DNA of 64,000 nt from Hyaloraphidium curvatum SAG 235-1. Taxonomy: Eukaryota; Fungi; Monoblepharomycota. Where the stretch lies: assembly GCA_025558095.1 (NCBI GenBank), contig JAIVFI010000034.1:310001-374000 (forward strand), in the 5' to 3' direction. The first letter of the stretch is position 1; every line of letters starts with the position of its first letter. Positions 32,233 through 44,770 of this stretch are shown here, piece by piece. The notes beneath the pieces are model-generated. The model was not told the origin of the DNA. It did no database searches and saw only the letters and a program-made list of their open reading frames with translations. A program made the translations under genes and the position numbers.

Positions 32233-32379
32233 GGTCAGCGCGACGATGGGGAGGGGGGACGGAGTCAAGATTCTCCGCACTGCGGGCGCCACTCCCACCT
32301 CCTTCCGAAGGCCGCCCGAGCCCAGAATCGCTTCCGCCCGCATTCGCATTAGCTTGCTGCGTCGTCCACCTGCACCGCC

Positions 32380-33514
32380 ATGGCCTCCACGGCGGCCGCT
32401 GCTGGCCCGCCGGCCGCCGCTGCGCCCGAACCTCCGAAGTCGCTGTGGGGCCAAGTCAAGCATTATACGATGGCCTTCCTGCGCTGGCTGAGCCACCCCA
32501 TGAACATGCTTGAGTTCCTCCTGCTGCTCACGATCGTTGCCTCGGGTGCGCTCCTGGTGGGTCGGGGCCGGTGCTCGTCCATTCGCGGCACTCACCTTCT
32601 CGTGTCTCGTCCCGCCTCCTTCCCTGCTACAGGTCATGTGCCTCCTCCGCTTCCCCTTCTGCCGCGACTGGCCGCAATCGCAGGTCGACTACTGGGTCGA
32701 AGTGTGCAGCCAGCTGCTCAACGCGTGCTTCACCTTCAACGCGCTGCGCTTCTTCATCCCGCGCGGGATCCAGCTGGACCGCTGCGTCAAGATGAACAAG
32801 GCGCGCAAGGCGGGGGACTGGGCGACCTACGACATGAGGGAGGCGCAGCTGCTGGTGCCGTACCCGGGGGTCGTGTGCTCGCTGACACCCGAGGAGGCCG
32901 AGGCGAGGAAGGCGTACCATGCCGCGCGGAGGGCGGAGGAAGGGGACGTGCCGCTGGAGAACCTGGGCAAGGACGCGGCGGACAAGGGGGCATCGGACGC
33001 GGGAACGCTCGACAAGGCGCCGAACGGCGCCCTCGCCGTTCCGGCACCGGGCGAAAAGGCGGCCGAGGCGGCGCCGGCCAGCCCCACCGGTGCGACGAGA
33101 AGAGTGTCGCTGACGCGCTCGCAATCGCTCGTCGATTTGGCGGGCCAGAAGACCCATTCCTTTGAGGGAGACCCGGATGCAAAGGAGGCCGCGGCCGAGT
33201 ACGTTGCGGCGCTGGAGGCGCCCGTTGCGGTGGCGGAAGCGCCCCCGGCGCACGGCCCGCCGCCGTACCCCATCCCCTGGATCAACATGTTCTGGATCCT
33301 CATGCTGCTCAACATGAACTGCCATTTCCAGTGGCCGATGGCCGCCGTGATGTGGGCCTGGGCGGGGGACTATGGAAGCCGGCCGTTCTGGGTCGTGGCG
33401 CTGTTCCTCGTGCTCTCCTTCTCGTGCATGTTTGCGGGCTTCGGCTGGCTCTTTTACTACTCGTGGAAGAACAACAGGGAGTGGAAAGCAAAGCAGGCGG
33501 CCCACCAGGCATGA
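32380..33514 (+). CDS. DUF2985-like multi-pass membrane protein
   Basis: WLSHPMN, YWVEVCSQLLNACFT, LLNMNCHFQWPMAAVMW; one intron. Confidence 0.65.
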
Positions 33515-33658
33515 GGTCATCCCTCTCTCGTCTATCACTGGCTCATTTGGGTTGATTACACTATATGGGCCGTCATGGCGCGGTATCTTTGGAAATGTAG
33601 AAGGGGCCGCATGGCCTGAAATGGCTTGAAATGTGGTGTTGAATGGTCCGAATGAGAA

Positions 33659-34415
33659 TCAGATGTCGACAAAGACCGAGGCCCCTCCCTTCTCGTCCGG
33701 CACGCAGGCGTCGAAGAACACGCGACCCAGCCCGTCCGGCAGCGGCGACTCCTTCAGCACCGCGTACTGCTCCGGCGTGAGCTCGAACAGCGTGTGCCTC
33801 CCCTCGGCCGGCCTCTCGCCCGACGGGGCGCACTTTTCCAGGCCGGGGACGAGGTACTCGCTGAGCGGCGCCGGGCACCAGGGTGCGCGGTCGTAAGTGA
33901 AGTAGTCCTCGACGATTTCGGTGCCGGCAGGCAGATCGCGCGCGGCGACGGTGACCTGGTAGCCGTTGACGAGGCGGAAGACGGAGGTGGGAGACTCGGA
34001 GTGGTTCAGGTAGCGCCCGCCGTCCAAGATGAACATCAGCGCGTTCTTGGGTTCTTCGTAGTAGCAGTAGCAATGCATTGCGTCGCAGAGAGGCCCGTAT
34101 CTCTCGGGGTGGAGATTGGCGGCCCAAAGCAGGAGGTCGTGGTTTGCCTTGGTGACGCGCAGCACCTTCTTGTCGTCCAGGAACCAGAAGATCTACCGGA
34201 AACGGGCGTCAGGGCGTCAAAAAGTGGCCGCGAAGCAAGGCTGCTACCTGTCCCTCCTGCAGCGGCGCTGTCGTGAAGGTGCCAAGGCCATGGATATGCG
34301 ACACGCGGTTTTCGATGAGTTTGGGGAGCCCGGCGAGTTCTGCGGGCAGCTCCCGGCGGCCGGCGACTTGTACAGACGCAGCCTGGGTCGCATGGCTGCC
34401 GATGATAGGCGCCAT
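33659..34415 (-). CDS. Small SET-domain protein
   Basis: SHIHGLGTF, RYLNHSESP, AARDLPAGTEIVEDY; one intron. Confidence 0.8.
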
Positions 34416-34849
34416 TCGATTTTGGCCGGGGGTGAGCTTCGGGGAACGTGGCGGTGCGACGATGATTATCTGATCACGAGTCCGATCACAGCTTCTCCGT
34501 TCCTTCGCGCCACCCACAGACCGCATGCCACGAAGAGAGGCAATGATACCGCTGTCAGCGCACAGTGCGGCAACTGCTCGTAGATTGCGGGCGAGCGGAG
34601 GCTGGATGCCGCCGGCCTGCACGGATTGCAAGTGATCTGTCATCACCAGTCACCGTCCATCGTGCCGTCCCAGCGGATCCTCAGCGCGTTCAGACTCCAG
34701 CAGCTAGGAGACTGCCATTCAGACCATGCTAGTGGATGTGATGTTACCTACTACTGGTGGGCGGGCATATGGTCGTGCTGATCGTGTCCGAAGTGGCGGC
34801 GCCCCAATCGCCGCCGCGCCGCCCGCCCTCCTGCCACTTTTCGCTGCCA

Positions 34850-35548
34850 ATGGGCAACCGGCATACGTTCACGCCGACGCCGGCCGAGAACACCGCGCGC
34901 GCGCTGGAGCTGCGGGGCGCGATCCAGCGGCTGCTCGCCGCGGTGCCGCCGCTGCCCGCCTCGGACGCCGACGGACCGCCCGACGTCGCCGCGTGGGACG
35001 CCTTCTGGGCGGCGGGGCAGGCGCTGCTCGACGACGTCGACGAGCTCGAAATCACGGCGCCGATGCTGCGCGAGTCGCGGCTGCCGAAGAGCGTGCGGCG
35101 GCTCGCGCTGGTGCCCGCGCCGTCGTTCCTGCCCTCGCACTCCGACGAGCTCACCGCCCGCTGCCTGGGCTTCCTGCGCCGCTGGAAAGCCGTGCAGGCC
35201 GCCGAGTTCGACGACTCGGAACCCCCGCCGCTCGCGCCGGCGTCGTCCTCCGCGCTGCCGCTGGGCTTGCCCGGCGCGGAGCTCCTGCGCGCAGGCCGCT
35301 CGCACGAGTCGCTGGTGTCGCGGCTGCTGGGCCTAGCGAGGGAGAGGGTGGCCGAGGGCGGGGTGGACAGGGGCTGGCTGCCTGCTGGCGGGTGGGCAAC
35401 GCCGGGAGCCGCGGGTGGCCGGGTCCGGGTGTCGATGACGCTGCGGGACGGACAGGGGGACGGGGAAGGCTCGGACGGAGAGACGTTGGAGCGCGAGGTG
35501 GCGCTGGAGAGCGATTGCCCGCCCCTGGTGCCCGAAGTCGCCCGCTGA
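34850..35548 (+). CDS. TFIIS N-terminal (TND)-like domain protein
   Basis: LEITAPMLRESRLPKSVRRL...LTARCLGFLRRWK. Confidence 0.55.
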   Translation: MGNRHTFTPTPAENTARALELRGAIQRLLAAVPPLPASDADGPPDVAAWDAFWAAGQALLDDVDELEITAPMLRESRLPKSVRRLALVPAPSFLPSHSDELTARCLGFLRRWKAVQAAEFDDSEPPPLAPASSSALPLGLPGAELLRAGRSHESLVSRLLGLARERVAEGGVDRGWLPAGGWATPGAAGGRVRVSMTLRDGQGDGEGSDGETLEREVALESDCPPLVPEVAR

Positions 35549-35754
35549 CAACGTGGATGGGCTCTGCCATGGTCGACTCTGGTTTGAAAAAGCTGGACAA
35601 CTTGTGGCGCTGAAAAAGGACTCTTCTAGGTCTTGGTATCGCTCTTTATCAGCGGCATCGCCGCTCAATGACCAATCGTCAGAGATCATATCTCGTGGCT
35701 CGCCATGTCGCCCGTGTCGTCCGCCGTGTCGCAGCAGTCCACCTTGCCGTAGGA

Positions 35755-37561
35755 TCACCTCACCGTGTGTGCCGCAGCCGCCCTCTTGTCGTCATCTTCC
35801 GTCACCCACCCCTCTTCTTCTTCCACCGGCGCAGCAAAGGGCGCCGCAAAGTCCGACGACCTGCTCTGCGCATTCCCGCCCGATACGTCCAGGCCGGTGA
35901 ACAGAGACACCAGTCCTCCCGGGTCGCCGCCCACGCGCCGCTTCTTGGCCTTGATCTTCCTCTTCTTCTTCCTGGCCGTCCTGTTGTGCCCGGGGTCCGA
36001 AAAGTAGGCGAGCAGCGACGCCGTGACGTCCTCGGGCCCCAGTCGGTCCGAATTGGCCTGCTGGCCCGGATGCGGGTCGGGGCACTTGCCGTCCCCATCG
36101 AGGTCGCTGCCAGCGGACCGCGGCTTGCCGTTGGGCCGGGCGCCCTTGCCACCAGCGTGTCCCTTGTGGGCCTTCGGCGTCGCCGGGCGCTCCGCGGGCG
36201 GCCCGTCCATTTCCCAGTCGGATTCGTCGTCGCTCAGCACCCTCTTGCCGCCCTTCTTTTTCGTCGCCGCGGGTGCATGGCCGGGAACCTCGTTCTTGGC
36301 TTTGGCCCGCTCCCTCGCCCTCGCCACGGCCCACCACAGCTTCTGCTCCCCCTCCACGGGCCGCGCGAAAGCCACCGTCCGTCCGCCGAACCCGAACTCG
36401 ATCTCCGCTTCGGCTCCCGGCGTTTCGGGCTCCCGGTTTCCCGCTGCCGTCCGCACGGCCTTCATGGCGCTCATGGCCGAGTTAGCCCACCGTACGGCGC
36501 CCCACGGGTCCCCTGCGCGGTACGCCACCCCGACTGTCCTGCCGAACCGGGACAACCACCGCTCGAGATCCATCCTCGACGGCGGAGGCTCGTCGGCTTC
36601 GGAAGAGAGGCGGAAGAGAGTGATCCGATCGGGCTCGTAATCGACCGTGAGGATCGCGGACCAATCCGGCGGCGTCGGAGGCAGGGGGAGGGAAGAGGTG
36701 ATGGTGCCCGGCAAGCCGACGTGCACGGGGTCGCCCTGGAGGGAGAGGTCCGCGGCCAGCACGCCGAGGGCTGCCCCCGGGTTCTCAAGGATGACCTCGT
36801 ACCGGCCACGGCCGAGGTTCGAGATGCGGCGCGGAGGGCAGGGTGGGCCCCCGGCCGAGGCGTGGGGAAGGAGCAGGGCAGTGAGGTCTAAAGGGGTGAG
36901 GCCGTCTGGTAGATTGTACTGAGGTGATCCGAGAGGGGAAGTGGGGTGAGAACGGAGATCTCCACTGTGAATGGCGAGGACGGCAGAAACCCACGCATTC
37001 GATCGCGTAGTCGCCCGATGCGGCTCCATCGACGATGCTTGCGGTACCCGCGTGTGTGACGCGCCTGCGCAGCCAGAGCGAACCCCGCGCGTTGGCGAGC
37101 AGCGCCGATTCATCAGTCCGCCCTTCCAGCAGTTCCTCCAGCGTGTGCAGCTCCAGAAACGATGTGCAGTGATCTCTGACTGCCGCGGCGAGGCGATCCG
37201 CCGCCTCCGCCGGGGACAGGGCCGGCCGCGGGGCGCCGTGCGAGTCGGCCGTGCCGGGCGGGTCCAGCAGCCGCAGCAGCGCGCGAACGCGCTTGAAGTC
37301 GGCCAGAAAGCGGAGCGGCAGGTTTCCCTCGTTGCAGAGGCGCCTCCACGCGTCCTTTGTGGGCTGCTTCAGCTTCCCCTTCCTGCCATCCCCGCCGACC
37401 AGCCGCTCCTGCGCCTGCGCCGTCGCCGCGCTGCCGAGGTGATTTCGGAGCTCGCCATCGGTGAAGTACGAGGCAAGGAGCTCCCGCAGCCGCGCCCTCC
37501 CTTTCTCCCCTCTCCCCCCCCCCCCTTCTTCCTCTCCCTCCTTTTTTTCGTTCTTCCCCAT
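35755..37561 (-). CDS. Hypothetical protein with possible RRM-like segment and basic C-terminus
   Basis: ORFs 36785-37753 and 35755-37113 are coding-like and probably joined by intron(s); KKKRKIKAKKRR NLS-like stretch. Confidence 0.5.
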
Positions 37562-37815
37562 CGCTGTCGGCTGCGCGGGGGAGGAGACGAGTCCGGCAGG
37601 CTGGCTGGCGCTCGCGAATCCCGGACGCGAACGTCGGCCGCGTGGAAATGAAAAATGATACGATGGAATGACGCGCTCGAAAGGCCACGCCGGGCAGTGC
37701 GTCGCGGGAGGCGACGTGAAGCGGAGCGCGAGTCCATCGTCAACCCAACCCACCCGGGAGCCTAAACTCGCCCCGGTGCACCCCGAACACTAACCGCTGG
37801 ATCCCCCGCGCCGTC

Positions 37816-38808
37816 ATGGACGTCCTGAGCCGCATCTGGGGCTTCTTTGCCCCTCGGGCCGACCTCGCCGGCCGCGCCGTCTTTGTCTCCGGATGCGATT
37901 CAGGCCTCGGCGCAGCGCTGGTCGCGCAGCTCGCCACACAGGGCGCGCGCGTCTTCGCGGCGTGCCTGACCGACGAGGGCGCGCAGCGGCTGGCCGGCCT
38001 GGCAAACGTGGCCCCGCTGAGGCTGGACGTGACCGATCCGGCGCAAATCGCAGATGCCGTGCGAACCGTCGAGCGTCTGCTCGACGGCGAGCCGCTGCAC
38101 GGCCTCGTGCTCAACGCGGGGGTAGCCCGTTCCTTCTTGCTGGAGTGGTCGAGCCCGTCGGACATTGCCGCCGAGCATGCGGTCAATTTTCAGGAAGGCG
38201 TGGTGTCAATGGTTCACTCCTTCCTTCCCCTCCTTCGATCGTCGGGACACCGTTCCCGTGACTCCCGATCCCCACCTCCGAGAATAGTCTGCATCTCCTC
38301 CATCTCGGCGCTGTACCCAATCGCCACCTTCTCGGGCTACTCGTCGAGCAAGGCCGCCGTTAGGGCCTTCTGCAAAGCGATCGCGATCGAGCTCGACTGG
38401 CACAACATCCGGGTCTCGTGCGTGATCCCGGGGGCCCACAAATCCCCAATGACCGAGCAGTTAGACGTGCGGCCTGCCAGGGCATGGGAGAGGCTGGATC
38501 CCCGGACAAAGGCGGCGTACGGGGAAAAGTTCTACGCCTCGCTGCTGGAGCAGTTGGAGAACACTCGCAGGTTCTCGGTCCTGCCACCGATCTCGAGTGC
38601 GGCGGAGCGGACCGCGGACGTACTGGCCAGGTGGACCCCGCCCGGAGAGGTCTTTGTCGGCTGGGATTGCTATCTCTTCTGGATCCTCGAATGGCTTCCG
38701 TGGCGATGGCAGGTCGCGGCTGGGAGGGCGTTCGCTGGCATGGTGGAAACGCCTGCGTTCCTGCTGCCCGCAGGCACGTCGCAAGACAGAGAAAACAAGT
38801 CTGAGTGA
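37816..38808 (+). CDS. Short-chain dehydrogenase/reductase (RDH/BDH1-like)
   Basis: VSGCDSGLG, LDVT, LNAGV, YSSSK. Confidence 0.92.
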   Translation: MDVLSRIWGFFAPRADLAGRAVFVSGCDSGLGAALVAQLATQGARVFAACLTDEGAQRLAGLANVAPLRLDVTDPAQIADAVRTVERLLDGEPLHGLVLNAGVARSFLLEWSSPSDIAAEHAVNFQEGVVSMVHSFLPLLRSSGHRSRDSRSPPPRIVCISSISALYPIATFSGYSSSKAAVRAFCKAIAIELDWHNIRVSCVIPGAHKSPMTEQLDVRPARAWERLDPRTKAAYGEKFYASLLEQLENTRRFSVLPPISSAAERTADVLARWTPPGEVFVGWDCYLFWILEWLPWRWQVAAGRAFAGMVETPAFLLPAGTSQDRENKSE

Positions 38809-38876
38809 GCATTGCGCTGGTTGCTGGCGAGGGTGGTGGCGGGTAACCATATCTAATTGACGCCGGTATCTGGATA

Positions 38877-41246
38877 TCAGTTCACGGCCCACTCCACGAG
38901 CGAGACCACGCGCTCCCCCAGCTCCTCGTCCTCGCCCGGTCCCATCCACCCGACCACCACGTCCGAGTCCCGGACCTGCACCGTCACCCCGCCGCCCTTG
39001 CCCACGCGCAGCACCCTCCCCGCCTCCCCATCGGCTTCCTCTGCCGCCACGTCGGGCAAAAACCGCGCAATCGCCTCGGCCAGCTTGCCCCTGATCCCGT
39101 CGCGGACCTCAGGCGTGGTGAACCCCGACCCGGGGGGCGGGCGCACCTCGAAAGGTTTGCGAACGACGTTGGCGACCGATCGCGGCGGCATCCCGTGCTT
39201 CTTCTGCGCCGTGGCAGGGGAGAGGAACGCGAGCGCGCCAAAGTCAGCCGCGCGGGCTGGCTTCCTGCGCGGCGGCCTGGACCGCGGGGGGGCGCCGCCG
39301 TCCGAATCCTCGCCCGGGTCGGGCGTGGCGGCTTCGTTCGGATCACCGATTTGCAGCTGATCGTCCAGGCGGTGCGCGAACGCGCCAAACTCGGGGTCCT
39401 CGAACACCTCGCGGGGCGGTTCCGGTGCCGGCGTGGACGGGGCTTCCGATGCCGTTCCAGTGCCGCGCTCCGACCCGGCGTCCGTCGCCGTCGCTTCGCC
39501 ACCCTCGCCCTCGTCCGAGCCCGGGTCGCGCTCGCGCTTGTCCCTGCGATCCCATTCCAGAACCCCGCGCACGGGCAGGCTCTGCACGGGCTTGATGTCG
39601 GCCGCCTTCCAGTTTCCCGACTTGAGCAGCTTCCTCATGCTCAGCCTTCGCTCAGTCCAAGCCTTTTCGATCAGTCCCTCCTCAACCCGGACCCCGGAAA
39701 TCTCCCGGCTGGCAGGCACCGAGACAGTCTCGCCGTTGGCGGGGAAGTAGGCCGCGATCCCGAGCTCCTGGTTGATGCGCTGCTTCAGGAAGGCCATCTT
39801 GTGCTTCTCCCCGTGCACCAGCACGACGCTCCTCGGTTCGCACATCCTGACAAGCTGCAGGATCCCCTTGGCGTCCGCGTGCGCCGAGAAACTCAGGTTC
39901 TCCACGGCCATGTTGACCGTCACGTGCGTCCAGCGGTCCACGTCGATCTGCCGGTTCCCGGCCAGCACCTTGGCCCCGACGGTGCCGGGCACGCAGTATC
40001 CGGGCATGATGACCATGTTGCGCGGGTCGCCGCACCATTTCTTGAAGGCCTCGAGGCTCGTCCCGGCGTGCAGCATTCCGGGCGTCGCAAAAAGGACCAT
40101 GGGACCCTCGCGCTCGTACGACAGGCCGTGGTCCTCGAGCGCGCGCACGTGGTTGAATCCGAAAGGATTGCGGTCCACGAAGGTGCGCTTGATCTTCTGG
40201 TTGGTCCACTGCACGAACAGCTTGTAGTACTCGTTGGCGCGCGCGGTCATGCCCTGCGAAAAGTAGACGGGGATGTGCGAAAGCTGCATGCGCTCCCAGA
40301 ACGAGTCGACGAGGATGCAGAGCTCCTGCGCGCGGCCGAGGGCAAAGACGGGGATCAGCACCTTGCCGCCGTTCTTGACGCAGTTGTAGATCTTTTGGAG
40401 GAACTCGCGTTCGCGCGAGCGCTTCGAGTCCCGTATCGTCGTCGCGTACGTGGTCTCGGTGATGAGCACGTCGGGCCGGCAACGGTCGATCCACGCCGAA
40501 CCCAGGTGCCGGTCCGGGGTCATGTTGTAATCGCCCGTGTAGACAACCGACTGGTTGCCCGAGCGGATGTGGAACATGGCCGCGCCGAGCACGTGGCCGG
40601 CGTAGTAGCACTTAATTTCCAGGTCGTCGGCCACCTTGATCACCTGTCCGAGGTCCACGGCGATCACCTTGTCCATGCAGCGCGCCACGTTCTCGGCCGT
40701 GAAGAAGCGCAGCGGGACCTCTTCCGGCTCCGGCGTCGCGCCGTCGGGGGCCTGCGCCCTCGTGCGTGCGGCCTCGTTCTCGGCAGCCGTCTGCCGTCCC
40801 GTGACGATCCGCCGGAAATCTTCCAAGAGCAGCGGGCAGATGGCTTTGGTTGGGTAGGTCATGTACACGGGGCCGCGGTACCCGACCACCTCCGTGAGGT
40901 ACGGCAGGCCGCCGCAGTGGTCCAGGTGGAAGTGCGAGATGATGACGCAGTCGAGCTCGTCCGTCAAGTCCTTGTCCTTGGCGATGAACGAGAAGTCCGG
41001 GAACCGCCGCTCGTCGGTGTAGCCCATGTCTGCCCGTGGACGGTGAGGCGGGCGGAACGGCTCATCCGGGGCGCAGACACCCACGCATACCGCAATCGAG
41101 CATGATGCGTTTGCCATTGAGCCGCAGGAGGATGCACGACCGGCCGACGTCCTGCCCTGCGCCTGTCGCGGGGCGCGTGAGCGACGCCGGGGGACGCGTT
41201 AGCCCGCCTCACCGAGCGGGATGACCTCGATGTGAGGCAGAGCCAT
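38877..41246 (-). CDS. INTS11: Integrator subunit 11 (CPSF73-like beta-CASP endonuclease)
   Basis: [82 protein letters not shown] are INTS11-type rather than YSH1-type. Confidence 0.92.
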
Positions 41247-41355
41247 CGCGTCGACGCGTCGGGACGCTCAGCTCCCCGCGTGCCCGCCGGACGATGTTTG
41301 ATGTTTGGACGCGCGGCAACAGCGCACCACCCCACCTCACCAGGAACGCGTGCTC

Positions 41356-41731
41356 ATGTCGGTGGGCTGTGCATCCTCTTCGGCGTCTTCTCGCTGCTGC
41401 GTCTGACACCAGGATTCGCCCTCCCGGGCGGCGGCGTGGGGCCGACTGTCTCCCGCAGGTCCGCATCCTCTACTTCGCGTCCGCCCGCGATGCGGTCGAC
41501 GGGGTCCGGGAAGAGCACGTTGCTCTTCCGAGCACCGGCGATGGCGAAGTTGCCGGCATGTCGGTGCGGGACTTTGTCGCGTGGACCGTCGACCGGCGGC
41601 CAGGACTGCGGAAGCTGCTGGAGACCATCCTCGTCGCCCTGAACGAGGAATACGTGGAGCTGGACGACGCCGAGACAAAAGTGCATTCCGGCGATGTCTT
41701 TGCATTCATCCCGCCCGTTTCCGGCGGATGA
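41356..41731 (+). CDS. MOCS2A: Molybdopterin synthase sulfur-carrier subunit (MoaD)
   Basis: MS|VRILYFASARD...VALNEEYV...GDVFAFIPPVSGG-stop. Confidence 0.92.
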
Positions 41732-41736
41732 CCTCA

Positions 41737-41818
41737 TACTCACTGGAGCTGGATGGTGCCCAGACCGAACTGCACTGTGGCGACGTCTTTGCATTCTCGC
41801 CACACGCAGCCGGATGAC
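41737..41818 (+). repeat. Diverged tandem duplicate of the MOCS2A 3' coding end
   Basis: YSLELDGAQTELHCGDVFAFSPHAAG* mirrors YVELDDAETKVHSGDVFAFIPPVSGG* (41651-41731). Confidence 0.75.
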
Positions 41819-41838
41819 TGCCTACGGTGGATGACCGC

Positions 41839-43058
41839 CTACTCGCCGTCGCCGAATATCCAGAACGGGAGGAACCAGCTTCCGCCCGAGCCGGATGAGT
41901 GCCTGGAGAAGAAATCAAAGTCTGTGCCGGCAAGCGATCAGGATCCCTTGCGACCAGCAGGGACAGCGCCAGAACACCCACCGATCGTCACTGCGGCCGC
42001 CAGGGCCACGCTTCTCTCGTCGAGACTGAGCCCCGTGGCCTCGCCGTCCTGCTCGAGACCGTCCATTCGGAGGACGTACACACCGGTGTCGGTGAAGATC
42101 TCGCGGACGAACCCGGAGAAGTTGCGGTTGATGGTGCCCGTGAGGCGACCGTCTTTGCTAGTCATCGTGAAATCCCAAGACAAGAAAGGCGCGTCGATCC
42201 GGGCGAACTGTGTCTTGTTCACGAACAGCTCGTACTGGCGGCGGAAGATGTGGAAGATCTGATGGACCTCGCCTATAAGGTTGTCTTCCGGGTCGAAAAC
42301 GTAGACTTTGGAGTTGATCCACGTGAAGGGCCGGTAGATCTTCAGGGCCAAATTGCCATTTGCGTCGACCAAGAAAGCCGTGAACTGCCTGTGCGTCCGG
42401 AACAGCTGTCGTTGTATCACGGACAGCATGCCAGCTTCGTGCTCGAGTATCTGGCCAATTTGCTGTCCGTAAACGTCCCGGACCGCGTACTTCCCGTCCA
42501 ACATGTTTGAGCTTCTCAAGAGAACAATCGGCCGAGGCCGCTCACCTTATTTGCTTGCTCGAAGCCGATAAGCAAGTTGATGGCCTCCAACTGCCTTCCG
42601 ATGACAAAAGTGCCATGGTTTAGCACGTTCGCGGCCGGCGAAAGCGCGGTCAGCACGTCGTCAGCCTTTGCTGGAGGCAGCGAAACGACATCCTGGACGA
42701 GTTCAGAGTTCTCCTCAAAAGTCTCCTTCAGCTTCGCAGGTGGCTCCCGAACCCTAACCCTCCTGATGACCGTGGGTCGGCCGGATCGGATCACGCCTCC
42801 CGGGCGGCGCGAGATCCGCTGCTGTTGCGGCGCGACCGATGCGTGGAAATGGCTCATGGCTGCGGGCAAAGTGTTCCGTTGCCGGAAATGGCTCACGGCC
42901 GCGGGCAAAGTGTTCTGCTGCCATGCCAAAGAAGTCCTAGAGTCCCGTCCGAGCGTCGTCGATTGGTGGGCTACGATGGTCCTGGTGGCAGGAACCCGGA
43001 CTCCGTGGAAGCTCCTCGAAGACGACACAGGACTCCTCCCGAGTCTCAAGTTGGGCAT
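41839..43058 (-). CDS. AIM25: Phospholipid scramblase family protein (Aim25-like)
   Basis: RQLEAINLLIGFEQANK|YA, RQLFRTHRQF, RPFTWINS, FARIDAPFLSWDF, REIFTDTGVY, DFDFFSRHS. Confidence 0.88.
42845..42922 (-). repeat. 39-bp tandem duplication in the scramblase presequence
   Basis: Encodes QQNTLPAAVSHFR followed by QRNTLPAAMSHFH. Confidence 0.8.
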
Positions 43059-43206
43059 CGCAGCAAAGATCTGCAGTTTTTGTCCCTCGCGCAGGAACGC
43101 GAGGGCGCTCGATCCGAAATGGCGCGTCGTCATTGTGCGTGCGTGGAGTTCTGGAGTACTTAGCGTCGCGACCCTGAATCGTCAGATCGTCATCTCTATG
43201 GATACA

Positions 43207-44623
43207 CTACGCCAAACACGCCTTAAGCTTCTGCAGCAGTACCGGATTCTCGTCCTTGTTGCCGACCGTGATCCGGAGGCACCCGTCGCAGCCCAGCTCC
43301 GTCCCGCGGAATCGCACAACGACCCCCATCGTCTCCGCCATGGTCTTGTAGACCCTGAACGCCTCGTCGCTACTCGGTGCGCCCTTGGTATCCAGCACCT
43401 CGACCAGGATAAAGTTCGAGTCCCAGCCGCCGAGGACGCGGCCGATCCGGGGCATGGACTTGAGTTGGGAGACCAGGTTCTCCCGCTCGCGGGTGATCTC
43501 GGCGACGTACTCCCGCAACCGCGTCGTAGAATCATCCATCAGCGCCATGCGCGCCAGGATCGAGGTGGGAGTGGCGACGTTGTACGGCGCCTTGGTCTTG
43601 TTGAGGACAGCGGCGATCTCGGGCGTCGTGATCGAGAACCCGAGCCTGAGCCATCCGATCAACATCGCGGCACGGCCGGCAACAGCACTGAATTAGCCCA
43701 CCTAATGCCTGCGAGCCCAAACCCTTTGCTCAGCGTTTGAGTGACGATCAAGTTGGGGTAATCCTTGATCCACGTCGCCACGCTGCCCTTGTCCGCTCCA
43801 GGCTGGGTGAAGTCGACATATGCCTCGTCCACAACCACGATGCCGCGGAAGTCTTCGAACTCAAGGAGTGCCTTGATGTCCGAGAGCCGGAGCGCAACGC
43901 CGGTGGGGTTCCCGGGCGAGCAGAGGATCACAAGCTTGATGCTAGGGTCACCGCGGACTGCGGCCTTGATCTGCGGAATGGCAGTTCGAGACGGTGAGTG
44001 GCAGTTAGGCGATGGGCTGCGCGGAGCATCACCTTGTCCACCTGCAGCTGGTACCGGTTCTCGCCCTCACTCGTCACGTCCAGCGGGACCTTCACGATCC
44101 CGACATCATTCGTTTGCGCGGCCACAGTGTACATCCCATAAGTCGGCGGGCAAATCAGAATCTTGTCCTTGCCCGGGACACAGAAGACCCTCATGATGAG
44201 GTCGATCGATTCGTCGGAGCCCACCCCCACGAACAAGCACTCCGGTCCATATGGCAGTCCCCGGAACTTCACCAAGAGCTGTTTCGTGTCCTCCTGGTGG
44301 GGATCCGGATACCGGTTGAGCGCGCTGTCCGGCTGTGCCACCGGGAAGCCATCGGGCCGAGGAGCTCCGGCGAGCAGGTCGAACGCGGCGTCCCCCGAGC
44401 CGTTGCCTGCGTGTCCATTTGCCTCCGCGGCCTTGGGAAACGCAATCACCGGTCCGATCGAGTTTTCGTTCGCGTCCAGCAGGATGCCCTCGGAGTAATC
44501 GTCGCGGGCGCACCGGTACGGGTGGAGCGCCCAAATGTTCGGCCGGACGATGTCCTGGAGACTCCACTTCCGGGCGGCCGAAGAGCCGTTCTGAGCCCGA
44601 CCGGAATCCTCGGCTTGGCCCAT
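43207..44623 (-). CDS. HIS5: Histidinol-phosphate aminotransferase
   Basis: PYRCARDDY, LLDANEN, NRYPDP, GVGSDESID, CSPGNPTG, TLSKGFGLAGIR, LRITVG. Confidence 0.96.
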
Positions 44624-44770
44624 CGTGGATGACTGAGGAAGTGGAACAGTCCGCCGTTTGTTTACCCGCGGCACCTCTGCGTAGCGTCGCGGATCACAAC
44701 GATTTCCTCCGGGTCAGGGGAACCCGCCACTCTGTTCGCTGCCCGCATCGTGCTTGAGAAACCTTCCAAC

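Noticed and set aside
39195-41105. 636-aa plus-strand ORF
   Set aside because: Antisense shadow of INTS11.
41732-41900. Bicistronic MOCS2B downstream of MOCS2A as in animals
   Set aside because: No MoaE-like sequence; the region is a short duplicate followed by the scramblase 3' end.
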